DNA of 63,000 nucleotides, the filler included, from Choristocarpus tenellus KU-1152 (Eukaryota > Protista > Phaeophyceae): the NCBI GenBank assembly GCA_964200185.2. It is 9 parts of 9 records of this genome, joined end to end, with 100 filler letters (N's around TTAATTAATTAA, not from the genome) between each part and the next. Parts side by side here need not be neighbours in the genome. Positions count along the whole stretch, not along the records: positions 12,316 to 21,197 come from CAXNAD020004228.1; positions 21,298 to 24,413 come from CAXNAD020022212.1; positions 24,514 to 28,916 come from CAXNAD020014709.1; 6 more parts are not named here. One strand, given 5' to 3'. The notes under the pieces are model-generated. The model saw only the letters and a list, made by a program, of their open reading frames with translations. It searched no databases and had not been told where the DNA came from. Both the position numbers and the translations under genes were made by a program. Below are positions 13,882 through 27,438 of the stretch, one piece after another (the first letter of the stretch is position 1; each line of letters starts with the position of its first letter).

Positions 13882-14814
13882 TACCTGTATTTGGACCTTG
13901 GAAATGTAGTGTCCGGCACAACGCTTTATTGAGGGCTCTACAGGGTTGTTATGACCGTGGTAACAACCACGGTCGTTTCAAGGTTATGGTTATGGTTGGG
14001 GAAAATGTTGATGTTTGGTCTATTCCACAACCGTACTGTCGGAAATCTAGAACTGACTGTTGGTAACCATAGAGTTTACTAAAAAAATGTGCACAACCAT
14101 AATAATTCCGTAGCAGTACTGTGGTAACTGTGTGTGTTATTCACCCTACCATACCCTACCATCTACATAGTACTCTGTTGCAATGACCATACTGTCCAGT
14201 TCTTGGAGTAGCCGCGACCTTAGCACAACCGTATTGTGCTGGAGTGCACTTTCCATAAACATACCGTGAAGTGGTACATTAACCCTAAAAATATGCAAAA
14301 TCGGCAACGACATTATTTTTCCTACACGATAATCCCTGTAACATGTTAGCGGGCACATTGAAAAACAATAAATATCTAAATGATATATTTGAAGTATTTA
14401 GTACTACGCACTTCCTCCGTTCGGAATTAAATGTAACATTACTTTTGCAAGGTCTGTTCTTGCCTGGGAACAACCCAACCAACGTGATAAGCCCTGGGGA
14501 CAAGGCTTATTTCTCCTTTGGATTGGGAGGCGTGCAATGTTTAATAGCGAGGGCTGTCATGACTGTAGAGGGTCACCAGTGCAACGTTGACCAAGTCGCA
14601 TTTGATAAGGTTCAAAAACCTCATGAAATATCAAAAGCGGTTGTTTATTGGGATGTCTAGGATGAAGGCCCCCCGTCGCTCGAGTGGCTTGCTCGTTCTG
14701 TAGTCACTCCTTGGTCCCAATTCTTTGGTCCAGAAGTCTGTCCAGGGTCAGTTCTCAAACACTCCGAAGAAGAACAGCATGGTGGCGTGATGCCTGGAGG
14801 CAAGTGAGACTCAG

Positions 14815-15919
14815 ATGCCTTGGGGGACAGTGGCTGCCATCGTGGAGGACTTTGGAATTTCCCAAATCACCGCGTTCTACCATCTGAGGGAGAATGGCAA
14901 CTGCAATGCGCGGGATGAATGCGTGGACCTTGTACAATGTTGCAAGGGACAATGTGGCCGCTGCAAAAGTATCCTTGACATTTGGGATGCCCCATCGGTA
15001 CACTGCACATCCTTCTGCAAATGGGCAGCCAAAGCTGGGGTCTCCCTTGCCTTGCCGTGGGATCTATGCAAGTGTGAGAAGGTGGGGAAGGTCAAGCGGA
15101 GGATTAAGCCAGCCCTCTCAGACCAGCAGAAAGTCAACAGGGTGGGTTTCATCATTAGCCACATTCATAGGAAGGGGGGGAAGTGGGGTATTAGTAGATG
15201 ATCTCTATGACTAATGTGTGTGGACGAGAAGTGGTTTTACATCCAAAAAAATGGGTAAGGTATGTGCCTGCAACCCACTGAGGACCCCCCCTTACCCCCA
15301 CAGGCACAGAATAAGTGCTACAGTACGAATGTGATGTTCCTTGCAGCTCTCCAACAGGTTGTGGTTCAATGGGAAATCAGGATCTGGCCAATCGTGGACA
15401 CTAAGGTCGCTTAGCGCTCCAGCATCACCACCCCAAGGGCACCAAGGTGCTTATACCAGCCATGGTCGACGGGGAGAGGTGTAAGGACCTCATGATCGAG
15501 GATGTTATCCTGGCAATCAAGTCCTGCGTGCCAAGGCTGGAAGGACAAACCATCTTCATGTAGTAGGACAAAGCAAAGCCACACACCAATGAGGGGATCA
15601 TGGAAGCAATCGAGGAGGTGGCGGGGGACGATATCGTTATAGAGACCCAGTCAGTCAACTCACCTGGCCGCAATGTCAACGACATGGGATTCTTTCATTC
15701 CATTCTGAAACTGAAGGAACACATGGGGTGACCAACACAGAGGACCTGGCAGATGCTACAATGGAGGCGTTGGATGTGTACCCCCAGGAGATACTAGAGT
15801 GTGTCTGGCAGAGCCTCTTCACAGTCTATGGTGAAGTGCCGGGGCCCAAGGGTAACAATGTCTTCAAAATTCCCCATCTTAGCAAGGAAAAGGTTGAGAA
15901 GGCGGGCAAGCTCCTCTGA
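14815..15919 (+). pseudogene. Mariner-like transposase pseudogene
   Basis: Motifs VDEKWFY, VMFLAA, IWPIV, **DKAKPH, NSPGRNVNDMGFF and GNNVFKIPHL, with stops and frameshifts. Confidence 0.9.
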
Positions 15920-15989
15920 ATGCCTTGGTGGATGTGGCGAAATACCGTGTTGGGTTGGAGTTTTTGAGGGCTTCCACGTTGGAATCATC

Positions 15990-16247
15990 GAGTCAAAGTA
16001 TCTTAGAGGGTAGAGTCGCGTCCATTTTGGGGTCACAACCCAATGTCGCGTTTTGATTTAGCTTTTGCTATCGTGTTTGTTAGGAAGTGTCAATATTCTT
16101 GTTCCGAACACACCTTTTCATAAGGTACACATTTTACCTATTTTGAAATATTTTGGAGTAGAAAAATGTAATAAAAAACCCTATGGGAAGCTAAGCCCTA
16201 AATGGACAAACATGGCAAAACTCGTACCCTCTAAGATACTTTCACTC
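15990..16247 (+). mobile_element. MITE family A (258 bp), nested in the mariner, TSD CATC
   Basis: TIR GAGTCAAAGTATCTTAGAGGGTA / TACCCTCTAAGATACTTTCACTC, with CATC on both sides. Confidence 0.95.
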
Positions 16248-17469
16248 CATCGATAAATGTAGGCTGCCCCATTTTGCTTGAGATTCTGGTGGGCAACCTT
16301 TCAGTGTATGCACAATACACCCATATAACACGAACATGTAAAAAAATTTGCTTCTTCATTGGGCCTGCAAACGTTATGGTACATTTAATTCCGAACGGAG
16401 GAAGTATTTATTAAATATATTATATTCGCAATAAAACCTACCATTGAAGTTCCCTCCTTAACTGTTTTTTACCATGGCAAAGACAACGGCATACGTTTCG
16501 ACCATGTCAACTTATCTCATGTCAACTTATCTCATGTCAACTTTTCTCATGGTTACATATACCGTCACGTATTATTAGACAAGCCTTTACGATCAGAAAC
16601 CAACTGAATAGTGAAAGTGCAATTGTGTAGGGCCCTGATTATTTTTGCTCCTTACAAGCAAAATAACCAAAATCCACATCCCCCTGTAGGATCCTTTGGC
16701 TCTGAGGTGCTCTGGTTAGTGTTTAGGGCTAGGTGAACAGGCTATTCTATTGTATCGAAATTATTTTTTTACTTTTTTATTCCTGTACTGTCTTGTCTGC
16801 CATTCCTCTACACATACATACATACATACATACATACATACATACGTATGTACCATTTTCATGTCAACTACACTCCCTCTGCAATACAAGCAGTAATTGT
16901 TGCAATCCAGAACATTTGCACTCTCTTTTTTCTTTTTCCAGCTAGAACTGTGAAAAAAGGCCTGACACCAAATGCCGATTAGCTGACTGTTTCTTGTCAT
17001 AACTATGGTGAACATGTTATCTGGTGGTAGGCTTAGCCATAGATGGTTTGGTGTCCGACTTTTTCTCAGTGCGGTACTTCCTGTCGTTTTTTTTCAGATT
17101 ATACTGCAGATTGTACAGCACTTGTGTTTTTTTGAAGGTTATCTTGTCAATGTTTTTATACCACGATGCTATAGCATCAATCAGAGGTTTTGCACACTCT
17201 TGACACTCGTACTCTGAAAAACAGGGGCATCAAAGAGACATTCTTTGAAGGTGAGACATTTCAGTATGAATAATACTTCCACCAATAATCCAGAATATTC
17301 AGTAAATGGCAGTGCCTGGAACAAGACAGAAACATAGCATTTTGATTGACACGCCCTGACTTACAGTAGTAGGTGGTTAGCGTACCCTGGCTAATCGCAG
17401 TGTTGCAGGCTTCTACCAACTTTGTGCGTTTGCACTGCCTTGCACTGGCCACTGGTCGATAACCTCACG

Positions 17470-20400
17470 GGAAAGATATGCCGTGGTTTTCTGGTAAGAA
17501 GGCGTTTTTCCTCGCACCTTAGGCTCCACTTTGGAGCCATCAAAATTCAAAAGGCAGTTCGCCAAAGAGAGGCCAGAAAAAGAGCTAACAGGAAAAAGGT
17601 GACCATGCAGAGGTGAGTTTTCTAGTTTATGAATCTGCCCTTGGGGGTAGCAAGAAGCGTTACTAACCTCTCTGATTTGCTAACCTTACCAAACCATGAC
17701 GTCTTTGGACACATCTGTGCTCCCAACACTATATTAGTGGCATCAACACATCAACCACGTTTTTGGGTGCAATGTTTCTTACTGTTGGTAGTTGTTTGTA
17801 GCTTGATGGTACATCCCCCCTGTTTGACTGGAGAGTGTTGTGTTTGTTCTGTGATGGAGTAGACATCGGGCACATAAAAATATTTCTAGAGCATATATAT
17901 ATAGTATGCAGTACGGAACTGATTTAGGATACTCTAAAAAGGCAGTAATGCATTATACAAAGAGTTGAAACATAGTATCAGTTGGGGAGAGTATGGAGGT
18001 AAGTCCGCGCTGGCAGAGTGTGGACATGCAAATCCAGTTGAAGCAATCTATGTAAACACAAGGTAGAACGAATCAGGTAGTAAGAATGAACAAAGACATA
18101 CTGCACACAGGCTATGGCCATTGGTGTGCCTTTCCCTACTCAGTCAACACGAGATCTGGGACGCCAAAAAACTAGACAACTGTGAAAGGAAGTTTGATTT
18201 TCATTGCCAAAATGTACTCTGTGCAGGTTGCCAACTGAAGAGAGCCAAAGTAAATGAAAGGTACCCAGGTTTTTCCCAATTTGCATTTTAAGTCTGTTTT
18301 TCAATCTTTTGCAATATCACCCATAATTCTATGGATGAAATTCTAAGTTTGACTTGAGAGCGTTTGTTTCTATATTGTTTGAAACCTTTCCGATACAATT
18401 CAGAAAATATCCTACACACATTAGTAAAAAAGTCAAATCTTGCACATACTTGCCAGCATCCTTAAAATGCAACTCTGGGTATCTCTAGCTTACTTGACTC
18501 AGAAGTAATGCAAACGGTAGACCTTGACACTTTGCCAGTAACACAGATAAATGGTGAAGATCTTGTTCAGAGTTGAAGGAGGAGTAGTTGATGAGGATTG
18601 TACAAAGCACAATGGTATTCAACCAGGAGAACTACAGAGTAGGGTGAGGATGCAGGTTTTGACGACAATGTTGAGCAGATGAGCTTTCAAAATCCAGAGC
18701 ACTTGCAATAAGCTGTTGTATAGATTTGGTATATTCAAATCGTACTGTGAGGTAATGAACGGATCAGGTGCTTGCTACTGTGTCCTGCCTCTGAGCTATT
18801 CATATCTACTTCTAAATATGGACACACTTTCCAACATGTGCTGACTTAGTCCAATACTCTACTGTCACCCTCGACCACAAACATGTCCTCTGCTGCTAGT
18901 GATGCAGCTACAAGTATCCAGTGCCTATTTCGACGACAAGCTGCCTCCAAGAAGGTTAGGTATCGCCGTAACCATTACCATCCTGCCGGTACTAATAGCG
19001 TCCAGTGCCAAAAAAGGCAAAAATTGGAAGAGGAGCTCCTCTTTGCGGAACAAGCCAAAGACCGGATATCAGTACAAATATCGAGCTTGGAGAAAGAGAA
19101 GGAAGGATTGGAGAATCCATTGTGGCTGGGGAGCACACAAAGGTGAAGATTCAGTATCCCCTTCTGGGGTTATTCGATAACATTGTTGGTGGTGCCAGTT
19201 TAGTTCATACCCCGATTGTTTCCAATGCATGTATTATTGGCTCAAAATATCTGTGAGGGGGTGGTGGCTGCCCATTTGGGGTCAATATTTCATGTCGCGA
19301 TTTTTGGGTGATTTGGTTGCATACATCGATTGGTTACTGTAAATGCACTTTTCCTTATTTTGCCCCAAATGGACACCCTGGTGTAGACCCAGCCCCCCCT
19401 CCCAGATACTTTGGGTCATTGGGGGAGCATAGAATGCATGATAGTCAATATTGTTTGCATGGTTGACAATTTCCCCACATATAGCATTGCCTACTCCATG
19501 TGTTTATCGTTGTAGACGCTTACCAGGGCTTAATCTTTTTGTTATTATTTTGATAACCACGTGCTGACTTTCAAGACAACTTCGCAACAAGGACAATATA
19601 TATAAATATGTATATATTTATGTATATAGAGAGTTTCCTTTTGGGATAAATAGAGGGGTGGTGAGAAAACAGGAAGCAGTGTAGAGTGTATGGTATTTGT
19701 ACTACATGTTGAGGTGGATTGTATTTGAAGGAAGAACGTGCACACAAGTCATTACCATCCTCGTTTTGAAGTCTCAAGAGCCAAAGTATCTTAGAGGGTA
19801 GAGCCGCGTCCAATTGGGGAGCAAAATCCAATGGTGCGATTTTGGTGTAATTTTGGCTATCGTGTTTGTTAGGAAGTGTCAATATCCTTGTTGCGGACAC
19901 ATCTTTTCATAATGTACACATTTTACCTATCCAAAATATTTTGGAGTAGGAAAATGTCATAAGAAAAAACGAGGGAAGCCAAGCCCCAAATGGACAAACA
20001 GGGCAAAACTCGTACCCTCTAAGATACTTTAACTCTCAAGCACTGTGACTAGTGTTGTGATACCCATATTGTTCTCATAAAACAAAAGGAGAATGCATGT
20101 GTTCAGGGATGTTCACGGGGTGGTTGATGCAAGATGTGATGGAGTAGTGCATTTTGGTATGCATAGCTCTTACATATTACATAGGTGCACATGGTGCAAT
20201 CTGACATAGGGTCAGATTTGTCTGGTGGGATTGGATGGAGGTAGCGCTGATTGTACAGAGGACTTCTTATCTTCTATTACACTTTGATTGAGTGGTCATG
20301 TCAAATCCGACAGTAGATGAAGGTCAGGGCAACAAACAGTATAAAATAATAATGATGTACTATTAAGACTGCCTAATGCACTCAAAGTAGTGCCCACAAT

Positions 20401-21110
20401 ACAAGAGTCTATAGCAATGTCTGCAATACTTGAAACAAAAAGGATGAAGTGAGATGCCTCAAGTTGGGAAGCAAGTGGACAACATCAAGTGACCTTCAAC
20501 GAGAGAAAAGGAATGGGAAGTTGATGTGGATGGTGAATGTCAGAAACACCGGTTGAGGTTACTTGGGTCGCTGCTTCATTGATCTGGTGTGGTCTTCCTG
20601 CTCTTAGACCTTCTCCTCTTGTCGACAAAATAGCTTTACCTAACGGTCAATAGGAGTTGCCCGGGAGACCACTTTCATGATCTTAGAGAATTGTCTTCGA
20701 GGCTGAAAACACGTTGATGTGACACCAGCAAAGGTCAAGTTTTACATTGATGCCTTCGTGGAATCCTTTTGCTTTATCTTTTTTTCGACTCATGTTGGAT
20801 CCACAAGTATTCCAGAAATAGATTTTTCTTTTAATCCTTGAGTGTTGCAACAAACATGCGCAACCCTTCACCCTTTGTTTTTGAACCTCCTGGTGTCCAC
20901 ATGCCCTCTTGGTGAATGCCCTCCGAGAGCAGTGCCTCCGCCACATGCATACAAAGAATGGCAAGGAGAAAGCAGGCAATACTACGGGCAGATAGATTGA
21001 GACAGGAACATGCCGCTGCAATCAGGCAAGCAAGGAGGGGGACAAGGCGTGGGTACTATGCGAGTTCTTTGTTTTCTCAGGGAAGGGGCTCTGCTCCCAA
21101 CATGAATTAA
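17470..21110 (+). CDS. Fragments of an IQ-motif (calmodulin-binding) protein; may be degenerate
   Basis: AIKIQKAVRQREARKR (ends at donor 17612|GTGAGT), AATSIQCLFRRQAASKK (18883-19142) and SATCIQRMARRKQA (20916 onward). I could not build a complete splice path. Confidence 0.5.
19239..19417. mobile_element. MITE family B
   Basis: GGCTCAAAATATCT...CCCAGATACTTTGGGTC, with internal similarity to 6971-7147. Confidence 0.88.
19778..20035 (+). mobile_element. MITE family A, TSD TCAA
   Basis: GAGCCAAAGTATCTTAGAGGGTA...TACCCTCTAAGATACTTTAACTC, flanked by TCAA on both sides. Confidence 0.95.
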
Positions 21111-21115
21111 GTCTA

Positions 21116-21197
21116 GGGTCAAAGTATCTGGGGGGGGGGGATGGTTTGTGATGGGGCGTCCGTTTCGGTCAAACAACCTTTTTTTTTTCTGTACTTT
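21116..21197. mobile_element. MITE family C, 5' part (truncated by contig end)
   Basis: GGGTCAAAGTATCT-polyG-...GTTTCGGTCAAACAAC matches the 40983 copy. Confidence 0.85.
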
Positions 21198-21321
21198 NNN
21201 NNNNNNNNNNNNNNNNNNNNNNNNNNNNNNNNNNNNNNNNNTTAATTAATTAANNNNNNNNNNNNNNNNNNNNNNNNNNNNNNNNNNNNNNNNNNNNAAA
21301 AGGGGTTTTTTTTCCACTATA

Positions 21322-21362
<41 letters not shown>

Positions 21363-21862
21363 GGCGTGATTCAGTATGAAAAAGAAGGAAAAGGAAAATG
21401 TTGGAGGCTGGGCAGACACAAGCAATGGGGTAGTGGGGTGGAACAGCTCTTTGGGTCTTGGGAGGAAATGCGAGTAATTGTTACGTATGTTTTTTGATGT
21501 TTTTTGATGTTTGATGTTTGATGTGTGTGTAGCATTCAGAGTTTGATCAGGTTCAGTTCAGGCGGCGGATTGATGCAGGCTGAAAGCCCCGCCTTGCTTC
21601 CAATTCGCCCTCTCCCTAATTTGGCAGCGCGTTGAACAGTAGGCTTCAGTCACCCTTGGGTAGATAGGCAGAAGTGTTTTTATTTTTTATTTTTTATTGT
21701 CTTTTTAATTTTTTTTTAATGCAAGGGGGTGCTTTATATTTTCATACATTGCTGTACTGTCCAAATATGATTACCTTCCCTCCCCCTCCCTCTCTGTTCT
21801 CCCCACACGGCTACTCTACTCTTTTCCTTACATAATTGCTGGTTGGCATTCTTTGTTGGCAG

Positions 21863-22074
21863 GCCTTAGATCGTGCTGGTGCAATCACTACCCTTGTACC
21901 TCTTCTGAAGAGGCACGGAGGTCACAGCAACAAGGTTAGACCTACGGAGATGCGCCTTGTGGATTGTGGACTGCGTGTGACTTCGCTTGTTTGAGACATC
22001 TCTATCATTTCTAGTCTTCAGAGGCGTTTTGGCTGTGTTTTTTGTTACGCTCGTTTAATTTTTATCAAACCCCC

Positions 22075-22105
<31 letters not shown>

Positions 22106-24189
22106 CGTTGATAGGGGAACGTACAGACACCTCCAAGGCCGTCGTCGTCAACGAACCATCCCGAACATTTCTTTTAGTTTGTGTTTTATTTTTATTTTTA
22201 TTATTATTGTTATTGTTATTGTTGTATGATTGCTTTTTGTTGCACGCCTGAACAAGTCTCTTTTCGTCGGTAATTGACCCCTCTCCTCATCTGTCGACCC
22301 CGACCGCTCTCATACGCCTCCCTCAGGACATGGAGAACCAGGTGTTGCAGTGTCTCTTCTACCTGTGCCTCATCAACAGAAAGCGACAGGAGAAGGCCGC
22401 TGTGGCAGGACTCATTCCCTACCTACAGAGGTTTGTCCCTAGTCCTCACACCTAGGAGTCCTGTCCGTGGCAGATGCACTTGCCTCTTGAATTATTTCAT
22501 TTTTGTGTGTGTGTGTGTGTGTGGTCGTTCCTATTGATGCTGTGGCCCCCCTACTTCTCCTCTGGTAACATCATTGGGGCAGAGGGAGGGAGGGAGGGAG
22601 GGAGGTTATGCTTTGATGTTCTAGTTGGTGGTTGAGTAGGGGAGGAATGAGATGATAGGGATATTGAGAACCTGTGTGGGTGTGTGTGGGTGTGTGTGGG
22701 TGTGTGTGGGTGGGTGTGTGTATGGGTGTGTGTGTGGGTGTGTGTTTAGAGAGTGATCCTGCCAAGTTATGCACTGCACTTTGTTAAAGTGTGTGGAGTT
22801 TTGAACGTGAGGTGGCATCTGTTGGTGTTGTGTATTGTGTTAGAGGCATGTGGTGGTAATTATTTTGATGTTGATTCAAAGGGCTCGACTTCTGACTTCT
22901 GACTTCTGACTTCTGACTTTTTTTTTACAAGAGGAATGAACTGAACTTTCCATCTGGCGTTGAATGTAGATTGAAATTGAAACCGAACTGTTGGTGTGTC
23001 TCCTTGGGAAAAATATACCCGGTAGGGTTTTGAAAAATGTTCATGTTCATTGCGTTGTGTTTTTGATCGAAAATGTTTTGGGGATTGTTGATACGCCTCC
23101 AAACACTGTGTTTTATGCTCCTTCTCTTGCAGGTGTATCAGGGAGGAGAGTCAGCTGAAGCAATTTGCCCTTCAGATGATTTGTGACCTTGCTCACACGT
23201 CCAGGGCATCGAGGGACCTGTTGTGGCGGGAGATGGGATTGGAGTTCTACATATCCATAATCAGTAACCCCAAGGACAACCACTGGCATGTTGTAACATT
23301 CAGGAGTATCTCTGCCTGGTGAGGGTTTGGCGATGGGGTTGTTTTTTCAATTCAATTGTTTTGATGTATGTTGGTAGTTTTTGTTTGTTTCTTCTGGGAT
23401 GAGAGGAGGATTAGGGGATGGGGATGGGGATGGGGATGGGGATGCATTGAGTATGTTCATGTTCAGGATTTTGGTTGTTGATGTCCTGGAAGAGCTTGAA
23501 TGTGCCCTTTGGTGAGATCTTGATTAGACCTTGGATGCTCTAGTCTCAGTATCTTGGTCAGGGACCCCAGTAATGTTCTGTACCAGGAATTCCCCTCCCC
23601 CCTCCCCCCTCGCCCTCTTCAAGCGGAGGAATTCCTTTACCTCATAAAGACCTGTAGTCCATGATGAACTATATATATACTGCATAATACCCTTGAACTG
23701 GGTGACAGCACATTTGTAGGTGTCTGTGCATCCATGGCATGCCTAAGTCACTATTAGACTACCTTTCCCCCCCCCCTCCAATTTCACAGGTCACCAGGAG
23801 TTACTATTGTGTCTAAAGTTACAGATTAGCACTCCCTGGAACTCCTTGGTCATATGATCGTAAGGATAGAGTTTTGTTTAGCTTGTTGTGTTAGCAGAGG
23901 CACTTGTGTGTCCCCCCGCCCCCCCTCCCCATATACCTAGCCACCCTGCCCAACCAGCTTACAGGCCCTCAACGTTTTCACATCTAATCACCCTGTTGCT
24001 GCGAAATGGAAACAATTGATGTGTAGGCTCCTGAGTGATAATAATACGGAGCGTGTTGCTGAGCTGCTGGTGTTGCCACCCAACTTGGACAAGATCATCT
24101 TCCTCTTCTGCACAGCAAGGCAGGCTGAGTTTGAGAAGGTGGTGGAGGAGCTACACCGGATGATGGACAAGAGCCTACAGCTCGTCAAG
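21863..24189 (+). CDS. Cdc7/Cdc15/SepH/MAP3K-epsilon-type kinase, C-terminal ARM-like region (partial; kinase domain not in contig)
   Basis: Exons 21863-21934, 22327-22430, 23133-23318 and 24027-24189 are in phase. LFYLCLINRKRQEKAAVAGLIPYLQ...SQLKQFALQMICDLAHTSRASRDLLW resembles the conserved C-terminal block of plant MAP3K-epsilon and fungal SepH/Cdc7. Confidence 0.85.
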
Positions 24190-24513
24190 GTGAAGTTGGT
24201 TTTCTGCTGCTGTTGGACGTGTTGTTGCAATTCCTGATTTCTATCCTGTCTTGTGGTTGGTTGCTGCATTGCTGCTGCCGGCCATGGTGGAAGCTGGATA
24301 CTCCCATTGTCTTTCCTGTGTGTCCTTTTTTTGTAAAAATATGTGTGTGTGTGTGTGAGGGGGGGGGGAGCGGTAGAGGGTTAGAGGGGTGGAAATGGAG
24401 GGTATTGATTCTTNNNNNNNNNNNNNNNNNNNNNNNNNNNNNNNNNNNNNNNNNNNNTTAATTAATTAANNNNNNNNNNNNNNNNNNNNNNNNNNNNNNN
24501 NNNNNNNNNNNNN

Positions 24514-27438
24514 GTGTATGTAGCCTTCTACAAAACTACTTTTCCCATACTTCTCAAGGGTCATAAACGTGGCGTTGTCACGTGTGTGGTCACTGGTCGG
24601 CCGATGCCAGTGAAGATCCACCCCACGCTCCCTGTCCCCACCGACACGCTCCGCTAGGATCTTGCCAACCAAGAGCAGCGCCTCTGTTGCCACAAAAAAG
24701 GTAAATCTGCCTTCCTGCATGGAGACAAGGTTTATATGGTTAGCCAGTGTCAAGGTAGCACGAGGCCAACCCCGTCTACGGGAGCCAGCTTCTTCCTTGT
24801 CACTGTCCGATGAGGAAGAGTGTGTTTCCTTGAGCCCGCCGAAATCGTTACCGCTGACGAAATTATCTCCTCCACCCGAACGTTTGCCCTGGTCGGTGTC
24901 TTGGACATTGCTGGTACCAGTACCAGCGCCGTCATCATCGGTGGGAAGCCAATGGACTGGGAGGTCGAACTCTCGTTCCACTGTTTTTTTGAGAAGCCGC
25001 ACAGACTCGCTTTGCTCGTGTTTCGCTCTCTGAACGGCTTCATCGTCTGCAAAGGTGGAATCCATGAGCACGAGAACATCAACGGTATGGAAGCATGATT
25101 GTTACTTTCTAACCAGGCGTGAGGTTTCACGAATGCGCTTGGGGAGCATGCAGTGAGAGAGAGGGTGTATATTTCGTCGGATTCGTGTCTGTTGAGTACT
25201 AGACCGGTACCCTCAAAACAGTTATCGGGGGTAATCTATAGTACTTTTTTATTGTGACATGCGACGATCACTATGCATGAGAATGGAATATTTTTCAAGA
25301 TTGTTTTTGTAAAGGCTGTAAAGGCTGCCTCGTACAGAAGTTGCACCAGATTGTTTTGGATGCCACCGAATACCAAAATTAACCATCAACTGCCCTCACG
25401 AAAAAATCGACTTACCCAGTGGGTACGCAGCAGCGAGGTGCTCGTGCGACGCCTGGTACCGCTGCTCCACCTTCAGGATGACGTCTTCGGGAACGCTCTT
25501 GAGCTGGTAGGGTGGTGCATCTTGGATACGAGGCAGGTGGCCGATGAAGAGGTCGTGCGGAGGGTTATTGGGGTCGATAGCAACGTCTCCGCCTATCCCA
25601 CTCCATTCGGTGCTGTGCATGTATTGCTTCACGCTAACCTTAACCCGCCCATCACCGCCTTTTTCAACGCGAAAAGCCCTGTAGCTCGTGATATTGGGAG
25701 CACGGTTGACGCGACCGCGAAGGAGTCCCTTGAAGTTTCCCTCGTTCCGTAGGGTCTTGCAGTAGACTAGAACCTCCGTGTAAGAGGCCTGCAGCTCTTC
25801 ACCCAGCTGTGTTCTTGTGAATATCTTTTTCCCTTTTATACCACGTGAGAACCTGAAGGTGAAATGCAAGCAAGTTAATTTTGAGGCGGGGGCGAAAGAA
25901 ATGAAGTGGAGAAGCAATGTATATATGCAGGCACATGCTCCGATGCATGTATATGGAAGTATAGATATAAAAAGGTGATGCGTACATTTTTTTATTGTTT
26001 TTTTTCGAGAGTAGGTTACGAAACAGTTTTGGCAGCTGCTCTTATCGTTCAATTTTGTTGGGGGGAAATCAAAAGCCAAATAACCAATTATAATGTATGA
26101 CCATAAACCTTCCATGGATGCAACAAGCGTGAGCTGCAAGCCTCAAGGCAGTATCTGAACGTATCAAAACACTATGTGGCTATCGGACTTGTATATCTTG
26201 CCTATTTACCTGGAGAAGATCTGATCGATTTTGATGTGCGTGTGCCTGACCATCATAAAATATATCTCGACCACACAAATGACACTCGCCGCGACCAACA
26301 GCTCCACATATCTGAGAAAGAAATTGTTCTTGTTCTCTGAGACGCAGTTGTCGACCTGGCCAGTTTGGGGAGTTGGGAGTGAGGGAGGGATAGGCGTGGG
26401 GCCGATATGTCAGCCCATTTAGCTGCGTTTCGTGGAGGAATAGGATATATTTCCAGTAGTGCAAGAGCGCAAGCTCTACATCACCGCCATCATACATGCA
26501 GGTTGCAACGCACAAACCAAAACTAAAGACCGTGCAGTTAGTTACTTGGTGACCGGTATTCAGTGAGTATGTGTAGAGTAGGTCGTGTCAAGATGAAACT
26601 TTCTTACCTGCCAATACGCGTGCTGGATGATGTAACTCCCTGTGTGATCGAGGCTGTTGTGGTACTTGTCGATATGCCTTGTGAGGGCAAGGTGGGTGGC
26701 TGTGCAGACAAGATTACAACCTGCGTGAACGATGATGTCCGTCGTTAGTTGGCAAATAGTACCATGCTTACTTACACATTGTTTAATTGGAGCTAAAAAG
26801 AGAGGTAACGGAATTTGTTTTTGCAATGTAGAGCAAATATAATGATCTTCGTAAATCCGCCAGGAGCGTCATTCTGTTCGGTCCTCGCCGCCGTTTGCAG
26901 AAGCGGCAAAGGAGGCGAATCTACCATCATCATCATCATCATCGCGAAGTGCTTTAGGCGTAAGAAGTACACACTTTTGCTACCAATGTCAGACCAGGCC
27001 CGGGGCCGCAGAGTAGGTGTACGCAGCGTTGCAATAACAGTTATTGTGTCTTCCTTCATAAAAGCGACGAAGCGTATCATCATCGACATTGTAGTCTCGA
27101 CATAGCAAACGAAAAAAATAGCTCTTCGTACGAATCTTCACATGTTCTTTTAACCATAACATCAGACCACCACTCGAAATACTACTTCGATCCACTTCTT
27201 CTACGTACTGCTGGGTCACACGGTTTGGAACTAACTCTAACACAGGGTGCGGCCAACATCTCCACAACCAAGGGCAAAACCTACCTCTTTGTTCGCCAGC
27301 GTAGATCACAATTGTGGACTTGTGAGGCATGAACTGCCCGTACGTATCAGCCCAGTAGTCTATCCAGGACATCACCAGGTCTCGTTTCGGAGCCATGTCC
27401 TTATCTTTGTTCGTGCCGTTCCTGTTGTAGTAGTGCAC
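24514..27438 (-). pseudogene. Intron-containing Sola-like (DDD) transposase, decayed
   Basis: Spliced core ...HGTICQLTT..HAGCNLVC...AYWQ (ends 26608) / VDNCVSENKN...FMMVRHTHIKIDQIFS (26355-26210) / RFSRGIKG...(25852-25416). It fits the QxDNC-ENKN ... GHTHxDIDQxFS pattern, with HVKIRTKS upstream. There are frameshifts outside the core. Confidence 0.75.

Larger units (their letters stand above)
14411..16404 (+). mobile_element. Full-length decayed plant-type (Stowaway/Osmar-like) mariner DNA transposon
   Basis: 25-bp TIRs CTTCCTCCGTTCGGAATTAAATGTA / TACATTTAATTCCGAACGGAGGAAG. The right flank is TA and the left flank is CA. It contains an internal transposase pseudogene. Confidence 0.93.
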
